A stretch of DNA of 64,000 nucleotides from Neoconidiobolus thromboides FSU 785 (lineage: Eukaryota > Fungi > Entomophthoromycota). The translations under genes were made by a program, and so were the position numbers. The DNA lies in the NCBI GenBank assembly GCA_025603075.1, contig MU626352.1, positions 1 through 64,000 on the forward strand, in the 5' to 3' direction. Under the pieces are notes generated by a model. It searched no databases. It was not told where the DNA came from and saw only the letters and a program-made list of their open reading frames with translations. Of this stretch, positions 37,091 through 50,457 are shown in pieces; within the stretch, counting starts at the first letter, position 1; every line of letters starts with the position of its first letter.

Positions 37091-40000
37091 CAACAATTAC
37101 AATTACAACAATTACAATTACCTTCATTTAAAGTAATAATTGAAAACATATTACCACAAAATATATTGAAAACATATCAATTAAAAGGAATTCAACATGA
37201 TAACAAAATGATTCAATATTATACATGTTTAGTTATTAAAATTAGTTTTAATAAATTGGAAAAAGTAAATCAACAAATTCAATTATATATTCAGCAATAT
37301 AAATTATTAAATCAAAGCAAAATTGTCAAAAAATATCAAGAATTAAATGAACAAATTCAATTAGAATACAAAAAAAGAATATTAGATTTTCAATCTTTAT
37401 TAACAATGACAAATAATTTAAATTTAATCAAAAATGAAAAAAAACAATATTTATTACAAGAAATTAATTTAAAACTATTAATCGATTATTTGAAATATTT
37501 TCCAGATTTAGTATTACAATCAAATATCGATTTCAATAAATTTATTATTAACAAAAATATTACTAAATTAAGTCCATCAATTCAATCGAATTTATTAAGT
37601 TTATTGGAAAATTTGGCGGAACTTAAATGGTATTCCAATCAACCAGATAAAAAAGAATCAATTTTAATACAAATTATTAAAATTTATATTAACAATTCGG
37701 GTAATAATAAAAATAAGAGTGATAAAATTCAATTACAAAGTAAAAAAGTAATTGAAAAATATTTTAGTTTATCTAATTTATTTAATAATAATAATAATTT
37801 AAATCAATTAGAATTAAATATTTGGTTAAATTGTATTCAATTATTTCAAAATAAGAATATTATTTATTCAATATTAGATTTTTCATTTACTTATTTTATT
37901 AAATATTCATTTGCTTTAATAGATCAATTAATTTATTTACAACAACAACAACAGAATAATATCGAAGTAACAACAGTACCCTTTTCACCATTATATTTAG
38001 CAGTGTTAGTTATCTTTAAAGATCAAATTCAAGATCAAAACATTGGAAAAGAAGATAAATTAATAATAACTCAATTTTTAATGACAATCAGTATCGATTT
38101 AACTCATTTTATTAAAGATTTTCAATTAATTTATAAAGTATTAAAGGAGTTTTATGTTCAAAATCAAAGTATTATTATGAAAGAGAAAGAGATTAATGAG
38201 TTATTTATGACTATATTGAGTTATCTTGGTAATTATTGTAAAGATAAGGAAATGAAGATTATAATGACGGATAAAGTATTTCAATTTAATACTAGCTTAT
38301 TACATATTATAAATCAATTAAAAGTAAATAATGGACAATTAAATGAAATTAAAAAACAATTAAATAATAACAATAATATAATTAATAGTCAATTATTTTA
38401 TCAATTAATAAAAATCATCACTAAAGATACAATAAATGAATTTAATAGTAACATAATAATAGAATTTATTCATAATAATTATTATTATTTAAAAGGAATT
38501 ATTAATTTCAATTGGATTCAAATTGAAAATTATAATGAATTAAAACCAATTATTGAGTTTTTTAAATTGATTCAACCTAATATATTTCTATACTTAATTA
38601 ATGAAGAATGCTTTGAGAGTGAATATTCTAAATTAATATTTTATTATTATAATGAACATTATGAAGTTGAATTTAATTTTATTAGTAATTATTATTTATT
38701 CTTAATGAATCAAAGTAATAATAATGATAATAAAAGGATTAATTCTTTGTTTTTAATCTTATTTAACAATATTGATATTCAATTGCAATCACAATTTAAG
38801 TTCAAAGAGAAAAATATCAATCAATTTATTAATAGAATCGGTTTATTGTTGGAGAATGAATGTATTAAAAGAAATTATTTAAAAGGAAATTTAATAGCAA
38901 AATGGATCAATCAATTGTTATTATTTGTTTTAAATAGTTTCCAAAAGTTTCAAATGGATTCCAATAGAATAGATTTTATATTAAAATATTTCAAAATTCA
39001 ATTAATGGAATTCATTGAAAGTAACAATAATGGAATAGAAAATGATGAGAACATCATTATGATAATCAATTATTTAATACCTAAATTTCAGTATAATGAA
39101 GAAGAAAGAATGGGATTAATTATTAATCAATTAATATTAAAAAACAATCAAATTAATTTATTATGTATTAAATTAATATTAAAAATTAAAAATCTCAATA
39201 TTAAACAATGGTTATTTAGTCAACATTTAAATTTAATATTAGAAACTTATTTAAATAATAAGAGTAATAATAAAAATTGGGATTTAATTTTATTAGATTT
39301 ATTGCATACTTTAGTTCCATTTATTAAAGTGGAATTAAATCAAGAGAAATCAATTAGTTTAGAAGAAGAAAAAGAAGAAAAAGATAATAATAATAATAAT
39401 AATAATAATAATTTAATTCAACAAAATTGGAAACTAATTAATAATAATCCAATGATAGAAAAAATATTAAATAAATTAATGCGATTTAATTTAAATAGAA
39501 ATGAGATCAAAGTCTTATTAAGTATATTAATATTAAACCGAAAATATAAATCTATCTTTACGCAATTTTTATTAAGTCAAAAGATTCTTATTGATGAATT
39601 GAATTTTCAACAATATTTTGAGTTATTTAAAAATTATTTTAATATGTTAAGATACAAGGAAAACAATGAGGACTTAATTTATTTTGATTCAACTGATATT
39701 ACAGATAAAAAAGTAATGAAAAAAATTAGTCAAATTTATGTCCAATTTTTGATAGAAAAGGAAAGATATGAAATGGAGATGTTAAATTTATTTTTACCTT
39801 ATATAAAAGAAGATGAGAAAAATGTGATTAACATATTAAAACAATGGAAATTGAAAAAATGGAATCAAATTCTAGATATCAATAGAGAAGAATTAATATT
39901 ACTATTTTGGAAATTTCAATTATGGAAAAGTGAAGATATTGATATTATTTTTAATCAAAATAGATTTGAGGAGATTTCAAAAGAACAATTAATTCAATAT

Positions 40001-42010
40001 TGTAATAAAATGATTGAGTTGATGAAATGTTATTTTGATCAAAATGAAAAGGAGAAATTGAAGGATAAAAAAATGGTTTTATTTTTGTTCAAATTAGTTT
40101 CAACTTACTTAAAAATGGAATTCAATGTTAATGTTTTTAAATGTTTTGAGTATTTCGATTTAAATGTAATGAATCAAATGGTAAAGTTTATTTTTATTTT
40201 TATTTTTATTTTTATTTATTTTTATTTTTAGAAGAGTGAAGTTGAATTAATAATTATTGAAGTTATGGATAAAATAGAAAATTTAGAATTACAACATCAA
40301 TTAATTCAATTAATAGTTCAATTTTATAATATTAATCCAAATTTTGTATTAAAAAAAGAAATATTAATTAAATTAATAAGTATTTATCAAGGATATTATA
40401 CAAAAGATCAACGTCAACTATTAAAATTAATTTGTAATTTTGAAATTAAAGAGTTAATGTCTACAAGAAGTTATTTATTATTATTTGATAAATTAATCTT
40501 TAAATTTAATGAATGGGAAATTAAAAAATTAATAATGAATGGAGATATTGTTACTCATTCGATGGACAAATTAGAAGCTAGTAATGTACTCTTTTCTTGT
40601 AATCATTTTCCAGTGAATGTAAGTTTAAATCAATTAGAATTATTAACTGAGAAACAAGAAAAGGAAGTTCAATTTGTCAATGAAAATAATAAGGAAAATT
40701 CAATCAAAATTTATGATCCCTATTTTTTATTAAATTTAATAGCTAATTATTTTACATTTGGTAATAATTTAAATGTAGAAACATTTATTAAAAAGAATTT
40801 ATTAAATTATTTAATAATATCTTTATCATCCAATGAATCAAGTACTCGCTATATAGCTTATAGATTATTAGATGAAGTTTATAATTTAATTATGACTAGT
40901 AAATTTATCGAGAGAATACAAGTATTAACGGTCTTAAATTTATTAAAAAATTCAATAGAAGATAGAGAATCTAATCCAAGAATTCCATCGGGTATTACAA
41001 ATTTTATTAGTTTATGTTTACAAACAGTGATGAATCCAAAACATTCAATGTATCTTTTAATTAATCGATATCTCTTAGCTAAACCTAATTTGAATTTCAA
41101 AGAGTTGCCCTTTTTTAGTAAGATGATGGAAGGATTTCATAAAAATTCAAATGCAGAAAGAAAATGGATATTAAAATTAATTAAAAATAGTATCAAGAAT
41201 GAATTAGATTTAAAATTAATTAAAGTAAAAAATCAATTATTATTACAAACTTATTATTTTTCACCAGTTAATGGAAGTACATTAATGGAATTACATCAAT
41301 TACCAATACTTGAATATTTATTTAATGTAGCTAGGTTTAATCCAAATCATCAATTTTATTGTATTAAAGTTCATTTATTTGAATTTTTGTTGAGAATTAT
41401 AGAATATGAAATTCAAAATAATAAATTAAAAAGTAAAATAATATTACTAATTACTATTCGAATTAGTAATATGTTTATATTGAACAACAAAATGAATAAA
41501 TTATTGATTGGCTGGCCATTATGGAATAATAAAATAATGATGTTTTATTTTAAAATTATTCAAATATTAAAAGAGAATTTAAATAATTTAGAAGATTATG
41601 CAATTGTATTGAATTGTTTGAATGAAGTTACGAGAGGTGTATTGAATGTATTAAGATTTAATCAACAATTTAATATTGAATGGAATCACTCAATGGTAGA
41701 AAAAATGATTGAAAACAATGTATTTATTGTTAAACAAAGTATTAAAGAAGGGAATATTAATTTAATCAATAATAATTCAGATAATGATAAGAATAACTTC
41801 AAGATTATTATCAATAATGAAAATGAAGAACAGAATTATAATAGTTTAAATTTTGAATCAATTAAACAAATGAAACAATTAGATACTTGTTTAATTGAAG
41901 TGATTGAAAATGGGCTATTGATAACTAGCTATATAGGAAAAATGGAGCCTAATTTGATGATGTGGGGATTCCAATTGAAATTGGAATTTATTAGAAATTT
42001 ATTGTTTTAA
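35645..42010 (+). CDS. URB1: Nucleolar pre-ribosomal-associated protein Urb1/Npa1 (multi-exon, N/I/K-rich)
   Basis: TRWEFLRY, RLVKGLHLDDPE, TCPELVSYYW..SFEPRLSVNW; C-terminal IYDPYFLL..SLSSNESSTRYIAY..MNPKHSMYLLINRYLL..ERKWIL; start codon uncertain. Confidence 0.88.
37055..37090 (+). repeat. (AAT)12 coding microsatellite (poly-Asn) in URB1
   Basis: Direct reading; similar tracts near 39386-39412 and 20026-20050. Confidence 0.9.
40187..40230. repeat. (TTTTTA)n repeat filling a short URB1 intron
   Basis: GTAAAG donor, TTTTTA units, TAG acceptor; gives the spurious FIFIFI tail in the ORF track. Confidence 0.8.
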
Positions 42011-42370
42011 AGAGGGGTGAGGAGATCAAGAATTGAGTTATTTTTTATAGAATAAAGTTCACGTTATAGTATATTAAAGAAGAGTTTCTGATAACTTTAC
42101 TTATTGTTTATTATAACGATAAATAATAATAATAACTTTTGATTTCTGAAAAATTGAATATTGATAAGTGATATAATATAAATAATGGAAGTAAAAATGG
42201 CTTATCAGATTTTGAATTTCAAGGAGGGATAAGATAGTTTATTTTGTTAGCTAGTAAGACTTCAAGGTAAGTTATTAATCGTAGATTTAAAATACATAAA
42301 TCATCAGAGAAAATCAAGTAAAGCTGACAATATAAAGAAAACTGAAGATGTTTAAGCTGGTTTAAAGTAA

Positions 42371-42474
42371 ATATGAGGGTGTTTTTTTACTTCATTACTT
42401 TTTCCATCTTTTAAGCACATTTGAACGAAAAAATTGTTAGTAAAATTCTTAAACACAAAAATACGTTCCCATAT
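42371..42474 (+). mobile_element. ~105-bp MITE, copy 12
   Basis: ATAT|GAGGGTG...ACGTTCCC|ATAT. Confidence 0.88.
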
Positions 42475-43160
42475 AAAAGCAAATTTCTGATAAATTTAAG
42501 AATAACAATAAGATAAAGCTAACAATTGAATAAAAAAGCAGGGATTCTATTTTTTGGATTCATTTATTTAGACTCAGTTGTTATAAAAAGAAGAATTTAC
42601 TTAATATTGGTCGGATAATAATCAAGGTATAGAAAGAGAGAAGGACTAGGTTTAATTAAACTGAAGAAAAATAGAAAAGAAAATAAGAGATTTGATCGAA
42701 AGGAAAATATTAAGGTAAGGAAGTTCTTGAAGTTTAGGCCACCTGTTTATTATAAAGAAGGGTATTGGGATATTTCTTTTTAATATTTGGAAAGTACTGT
42801 TTATCCAAAATTATCAATAAACATTGAAATATTAACTATGTTATTTTAATTGAAATTATAAGCTTGTAACATGTATTCATAGCAAGAAAAGGTTTCATTT
42901 ATCTGGGATTATAGCTCATTGTTTTTTATTAGTTACTAAACATAAAAGGTTTATTTTTCAAGAATTCAACATGGGGTTATTTTAATATAATACAATATGA
43001 TATTAATTAATTTTTATTTTATTTTATAAAATATTAATAGCAAAAAGCTCTAGATCTGTATTTAAATAATTCTCTTCTTTCTTATTCTTTATTTGCTGCA
43101 TACTCAAACATATAACATCATAAATTCTATCTTTATTTAAAGACTTATTATTATCTATCT

Positions 43161-43266
43161 ATATGGGGATGTGTTTTTTTATTTAGGAATTTTACTAACA
43201 ATTTTTCCACTCAAATAGCCCTTAAAAGATGGAAAAAGTAGTGAAGCCAAAAAAACATCCCCATGT
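43161..43266 (-). mobile_element. ~105-bp MITE, copy 13
   Basis: ATAT|GGGGATG...ACATCCCC|ATGT. Confidence 0.9.
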
Positions 43267-43466
43267 ATTATATTGATAATTGTATTGATTAATATTCGAT
43301 TTTAATAAAATATACAATATACGACTTGAATTTTAAAAAAATCAATATTAAATACTTCACAAATTATTTAAAATCTTTTTTTTTAGATAAAATATAAAAA
43401 TAAACCCCATTATGTTTACTCGGCAACCTACTTTATGTTTTCAACCCTTTATATGAACAATAAAGC

Positions 43467-43565
43467 ATATGGTAATGTTTTTTTGATTTCATCACTTTTT
43501 TATTTTTGGGCCCTATTTGAGTAGGAAGATTGTTAGTAAAATTCTTACAAAAATACGTTCCATAT
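43467..43565 (+). mobile_element. ~105-bp MITE, copy 14 (diverged)
   Basis: ATAT|GGTAATG...ACGTTCC|ATAT. Confidence 0.85.
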
Positions 43566-43740
43566 GTTGTTGAGTCATAAAGAATCTGGGTTCTAATTTT
43601 TCAACTACTTACTTTTCCATTGAATAATGAATTGCTTAGTAAGAAGATAGTTACTGAGTAACTAAATGCCTTGGCAATAATGCTTGTGACCAAACTATCC
43701 GTTTTGAGTGATCTCTTAGATCAATTTAGATTATTGAAAC

Positions 43741-43845
43741 ATATGGGGATGTATTTTTACGTTTAAGAATTTTGCTAACACTTTTTCCGCTCAAGTAGTG
43801 TTCAAAAGGTGAAAAAGTAATGAAGTCAAAAAAACATACTAATAT
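43741..43845 (-). mobile_element. ~105-bp MITE, copy 15
   Basis: ATAT|GGGGATG...ACATACTA|ATAT. Confidence 0.87.
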
Positions 43846-44836
43846 CTTTAAATACACTAATAAAGCAATTAAAAGTTTTGATTTGAGTAAGGTTTTAAAT
43901 TTAAAAAAATATTTGTATTTAAGTTTAAAACAAAAAAAAGTAAAATGGCAATTTTTTTTGTTAAAATTAATTTTATTAATTCAATTATGAAAACTTAACA
44001 AAATACAAAATAATCAAAAAATTCAATAAAAAACCATTATACTAACCTTGACATTCAAAATGATCAATAAAAAAGGAAGCCATCGTAATTACTTTAAAAG
44101 GAAAATAGCGCTTCTTTTGAAAGTAATGATAAAAGCGGAAAAAAGAATATAAATATTAAATTTTATAAACATCTCACATATTATGTATTATTTGTAATGT
44201 TTGTGTATGTTGCTGAGTCAATAGTTGTGGTTTGCTTATTAATTTAATATTTAAGGATATTTAGAATTTCAATGTTTATTCTAGTTTAAATTTAAACGTT
44301 TTTTATTAATATTAATATTAACTAAAATTTGTTATTTTTTAAATTATAGAAATGTTAGGAAAGTAGATTTATTATATAAAATGAAATCATATAGTTAGCA
44401 CCCGGTGCCAAAAACGAAAATTTAAAAAGTAATATTAGTTTAAATCATATCAATAGTATTATTAATATAATAATAATACAATTAATTAAAAGGTGATTAG
44501 AAGGATCTAAACTACTAGTTTAGAAACATAGTTTAAATTGAAGTGCTTACTTGCAAAGCTGGAAAGATGGCATTAAGTTGGTGGAAATTTTAGTGTATTG
44601 ATTGTGTTCTATGATGATTATATGAAAATGTATTGAGGTGGAAAAGTTATATTTAAAAATAATAAATCAGATTATAAAATTCTTTAAGGTGTTGATTTTT
44701 GAAATTGATAATCAATGTCTTTCGAAAATGGTATAGAATTCTTCACCAAACTTGTATACTATTACGCCATTTTGATATTGAATAGAATACCAAGATTAAA
44801 AAGAGACTAAGATTAAATATTTAGTTTACAAGAGAA

Positions 44837-45637
44837 TTAATATTCGGATTTTGAATAAGATGATTGAAAATAGGGATCAAAATAAAAATTTCCATTACTT
44901 ATAATTCCACTGTTTGGCATGTAACTACTCATACTCTGGTTTGCATTGGAACATATATTTAAATTATAGCCAGCTCTTAACTCAATGTTTGCATATACAT
45001 TTAGGTCTTGGTCGCTTCCTTCTCTAATTCTTGAATACATATTTAAGTCATAGTCACCCTCTTGGTCTATGTTTGGATACATATTTAAACCATAATTCAT
45101 ACTATCAAAAGGAGAAGTAGTTATAGGTGGCGATCTCCAAAGCTCTTGATTAAAACTACTATCTATTAACTGAGGATTAATATAAAGTGGAGCTAAAGAG
45201 CAATTTTCTGGTAATATATGAACGTTCGATTTGACTTGATGAGGATACTCCATTGATGTACTAAATGAAATAACTTGATCATATACAATATTGCCACTGC
45301 TTCTTGCTAAGCTATCATTAGCCACACTAATATCATTAGTTTCCTCATTACTATCTTCTCCATTGTCTTGAGTCAAATCATTATAAAGTAAATGAATATT
45401 ACTTGGATCAAAATTAATGAAAGTATTATCCACTTTAATACATTGAATTCTATTTTCCATTTGATTCATCATTGCTATTTCTCTCTCTCTCATCTTCCCA
45501 CGTTTGTTATTTTCCATAGCATAAGTACATTGATTCCCTTCTTTTCGACAATAATAACAAGAATTCTCTTCAAAGATACATTTGCGATGTTTTTTTTTAC
45601 ATTGGTCACAAGCTTGAATACAGTTTTTTTTACCCAT
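44837..45637 (-). CDS. Zn(II)2Cys6 binuclear-cluster transcription factor (intronless)
   Basis: ACDQCKKKHRKCIFEENSCYYCRKEGNQC = CxxC-x6-C-x6-CxxC-x6-C. Confidence 0.88.
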   Translation of the reverse strand: MGKKNCIQACDQCKKKHRKCIFEENSCYYCRKEGNQCTYAMENNKRGKMREREIAMMNQMENRIQCIKVDNTFINFDPSNIHLLYNDLTQDNGEDSNEETNDISVANDSLARSSGNIVYDQVISFSTSMEYPHQVKSNVHILPENCSLAPLYINPQLIDSSFNQELWRSPPITTSPFDSMNYGLNMYPNIDQEGDYDLNMYSRIREGSDQDLNVYANIELRAGYNLNICSNANQSMSSYMPNSGIISNGNFYFDPYFQSSYSKSEY

Positions 45638-48600
45638 TTATTGTTTTCATGGTAACTTTAAACAATCAAATCAATTTAATTAGTTTATATACTTTTTCGA
45701 TATGGATTTGTCAATTAACATTTTGATTGATTTCAAAATCATAATTAAATAACTAACTATATTTATGTAAATTTGGTTCTTAATAGTCTTTGATTGTTTT
45801 TATATTCTTTATACATTCTAGAGTTATTATTTTTTCAAGAATAGGTCTCCTGTTTTTTATTTGAATTTATTTTGATAACCTATTCATAAACAAAACATTA
45901 ATTTATTATTACTTGGCCCTTTGGCCCCATGTTAGAAAAATTTTAATAGTAATATATATAATTAAATCATACACTGTTTAAACATATTATAGGTTATATA
46001 TATGCTATAGTATATTACCACTAGGAATATATTGAATTTTATTTTAAGATTAATTTTTAAAACTTCGATTTATTTGAAATGAACCTTGTCTAATTTATCT
46101 AATTCAATCCAAGATCCCCAATAGTACTATAAAAGTTCGAGTATACTGTATTTGGAAATTATCATTTGTACAAAAATACAATAAAAAATAAATTACTGTT
46201 ACTTACCCAAACCCATTATTATTCAAAATAGACTATACTTTTTCCGTATATTCGCTAACTATGAGTCTAAGTGATGCATTAAACTAATTACTCATTTTAA
46301 TATTATTTTTTCGTAAGATTCAAATGAAAATTAAATAATTTTAGAGATAACATAAAAAGTTAAAATAAAATAAAATATTATTTAGTACATTTTATTTAAA
46401 AACCATTCGCTATTGTTAGGATTGAGGTTTAAGAGCACTTAAGATATAACTTTATCTCTTGCTCACATATTTGCTTTTTACTCATATTAACATTAGCTAT
46501 TTTTAGCAATTGACACTATGTATAGCAATAAAATATTATATTAATACGATTTTGGTACTTCAATTAAAATCTATTTTAAACTCAAATAGGCGAAACAAGT
46601 GGTATAACGTAATTCTCAACCATAAAGAAACTTCCAGCACATAATCATTTGATATAATATAATATATTTCATTATACGTTTTTCAATTCCATCCTCTAAA
46701 GATTAAGAACACTTAATAATAAAAACTTACGAAAGCATAGTACTTTAAGTGCCTTAATCTATTTTTAAAATAATAAGTTATATCATTCTAGTGGAAATAA
46801 AATTTCATGTATGGTTTAAATCGCTATTTACAAATTAATGTATTAGAATATCCCTCGGCTTTACTTTTAAATGAACTATAAAAATTAATAAGGTTATTTG
46901 AAAATCCAAACTATTATAATATACCAACAAAAGAGGCTATTCCGTAAATTGCGTTCATATCTACATATATAGAATCAATTGCAATAGAGATTTATTTATG
47001 ATATGGAACTGAAGAAATGTAATGGTAGCTTATCATACTTTAAATTCTTTAGAATTATGCGAAATTAGACCTAATTTGTATTTATCATGCCATTAGAATT
47101 TAACTTTCAATCTTTCAAATGACATGGTATTCAATATTGTTATATATTATTTAAATTGTTAACCTTTTTATTTAGTGTTTAAAGCTTGAAATGTTGTTAA
47201 TTTTATAACATAAAAATATATAGACATCTTAGCAACTGAATTTTTATTAAAGAAGAGATGATTAAAGTAATTAACTTTATATGTATAAACACTAATTTCT
47301 CGGTTCGGGACATAGCTAAAAGAAAATAGCGGGAATTAAATTGAAGAATAGAAACATGCCTACAAACAGGAAATAAAGCTTAATTACGTTAGTATAAACT
47401 ACGATATCAGTTATTAAGCAAATTAGTATCTAAATTAGGATTGTAGCTTAAACCTAATAGAATAACTACTACAAAAGTTTTAATAACATTTCTTTATACA
47501 GTTTACATTTCTAAAGTTAAACTTGGTTCCTAGAGACTAGTGATTTAAGCTATCATTTATCTCTAAGCCATCTTTTATCATTAAATTTTCTTTTATATTA
47601 GCCAAGTAAGATGAAATTCTTTATCATGAGTGCCATCCCTAATTTTAATCCCACGCATATTATCAGTTATATTTTTGACATCTTTTTGAAAGTTTATTTG
47701 ATATTTTTTTAAAATGAATATTTTGTTACCAAAGCTAAGAAAGTTAAGATCATTTTTAATAGGCATGACTATTTTATTCATTAAATTACCGATTCTTCAT
47801 CCTTCAATTATTTTATTTTCCCCCTTTATTACTCGGTGTTTTTAAAAAAAATTAAATGGTAACTGTAATGTTATTATTATATAAAACACCCTCTTATTAT
47901 ATTCATTACAAGCTTATTTACAGACTTACGTTTTTACTTTTTTTAGTCTTTAAAATCCAGGTCATAATTAATTAAAAATATTTATTAAAGGTTTTTATTT
48001 CGAAAAATTATATCAAAAATTTATGCGTATAGTCTATAGCGCATGATGGTATCAAAAGTATACAATTCTAGATTTATGGAGGGTTTATTATAGAAATAAC
48101 ATGACCAAACGACACAGGAACCTAACTCCTAAATGATACTTAATTAAGATCAAAAGAAGTTTAAGCTTAATTCTATAACCTCAAATTTACGCTAATTGAA
48201 AACAAGTAGAGATCAAAGCTTTATATTACAATAACCGCAATTTACAGCATATTCAAAGATTATGTTTGTCACCTAACTTTTGATATTTATGTATAGTCAA
48301 AAGTAGTCGCTGTTTATAATCCGATTTTTATAGTTATTATAAATATAAAAATGGTAATAAAAAATTTATCATATCATGAAATTTTATTCAATATAGTTTA
48401 TTATATATGTAAAAAAAGTTATTTTAGTATTCCTTTGCCCTTAATGTCCTTTGTGAAATCTCCATTGCTTAAGATATATACTAAGTAATCTGTTTTTTAT
48501 ATAAATTATAAACAGCTTAAGTTTGTTGAAAAAGCGTATTTTTTATATAATATTATTTATGTTTTTAATAAAGTAAAATCTTTTAGTGTTTATATGTATT

Positions 48601-49878
48601 ATACATCTAATAATCTACTTCGTATTTAATTTGGATTTTAAAATAACCTTTTTAATAAACATTTTATATTTATAACAAATATTTTATAATGTAGTATTTA
48701 CTATTGTTATATTACAGTTGTAATAGACAAAGTAACATTAGAACAAATATAATTCTATAATATTTAACTTTCTACTTGTTTTTTTGAAGCTCATTTACTT
48801 TTATAAATCAATATGATAATACTTTCTCAATTCAAATGTACAGTATTATAATTCATCATAATTATTTAAATAATTTGCACAAACTGATAGATAGCTTTAT
48901 GATAATAATACTGCCAAAAATGAACATGCACCAAGTCTTTACAAAATTTATAATAGCTTAGATCAGAAAAACAAGTAAAACTAAACAAAAATTTTACTAT
49001 TAATACATCCTATTATTGAGCAAAAAAAAAGGACATTTAAAACATTACTTTATAAACATTCTGTCCATTTTGCTCAAAAGCGTTGATATCTATATTGGGA
49101 ACTATAGCTTTTTTTATTTTCGGTTCTGGTTATTGTCAAAAAGCTCTTATCAATAATATAGTCCTTTCGTTTTAAAACTGTTGAATGGTATTATATACAT
49201 ATATTACAAAACGAGGATATTATTTAAAATGATTTGTTTGTAAGATTTAATAGTTTATTTTTAAATAATATCCCCGCTTTTAATAAATATTACTAGCACA
49301 GTTTCAATTTAAGCCTTAAAGCAAAATAAATAAATTGAAATTACAGCAGGTTTTGAATCCAGCGATAACTGTAGAACTTTGATGTTATAGATATGAGCTT
49401 GCTATTTTTTATATATTCAATGTTTTTTGTTATCTATACGTTTTTGTGCTCTAGGTGTAATTGCTATCTATTAGATATTGATTCTTATGAATTTTTAGTT
49501 TTAAACAGCTTAATAGAGAGCCAATAGCATAGTTATTACAGTGCATGAAAATGAAAACTAGAGTAAAAGTAACAAATTATTTTTATCAAACTTAAATAAC
49601 CAACAAATAAGATTACTTCTCAGCCAAATGAAAAAATGAGTGATTTGCAAAGTTAATCCGAAAATTCGAATCAAAATCTAATTAGCAAATAAAATAATAG
49701 TTTATAGCTAAATATAGCAAATACGTTGTAATGATTGGACATGAACAAATTTAACTGTCAAATTAATTGGATGAAATTACGGATAAGATGACAAATGCTG
49801 CAACTAAAATGATCTTATTTTTGGTATAAAAACAGAACCAAAGAGATTTGACTTTATTTTTTTTACTTTTTGAAAAAA

Positions 49879-50457
49879 ATGACATTATATCAGCAAGAAA
49901 TAGATTGTGAAATACAAAGCATAAACAGATTCGATTCGCGACTTTTTCCTGCTATTATAAATAAAAAGTATAATGAAATAACCCAACTACCGGATTCAAC
50001 GATAATTAATTTTATACAAAGAATCATCTATATTCAAGCTAACTATGATAACAAAAAAGGATTGATCCCCAACCCAAATTTTTATCAGATGTTAATCAGT
50101 AGCTTACGCGCACCACCAAGTATTATATTGGTAAGTTTGAACTATTTTACTCGCTTGGTACATAAAAAATCTTTCTTATTAAATAATTATCCTGTTAACT
50201 TGATCTTTATCGCATGTTTGAAGTTAAGTTATATATGGTTATTGGATACCAAATACAACATGGAACTCTGGCAAAGCATTACCTTGGTTAATAAACAGGA
50301 TTTAGCCAAAATGCAAAACTTAATTTTGATGGAGCTGGATCACCGTCTATTTATTTTACACTCTTGTTACATGAAGTGGGAAATTTGCTTGTTAAATTTT
50401 TCAAATCATTACAACTTTCATGACTTTCCTATTGATATTAATCAATTTTTCCTTTAA
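49879..50457 (+). CDS. PCL/Pho80-family cyclin-like protein (paralog of 4936-5613)
   Basis: IILVSLNYFTRL...IFIACLKLSYIWLLD...LW...MQNLILMELDHRLFI; first ATG at 49879. Confidence 0.75.
   Translation: MTLYQQEIDCEIQSINRFDSRLFPAIINKKYNEITQLPDSTIINFIQRIIYIQANYDNKKGLIPNPNFYQMLISSLRAPPSIILVSLNYFTRLVHKKSFLLNNYPVNLIFIACLKLSYIWLLDTKYNMELWQSITLVNKQDLAKMQNLILMELDHRLFILHSCYMKWEICLLNFSNHYNFHDFPIDINQFFL

Noticed and set aside
42973-43408. GGGGTTATTTT...AAATAAACCCC as a third GGGGTT element
   Set aside because: No target-site duplication at the ends; the AT-rich match could be chance.
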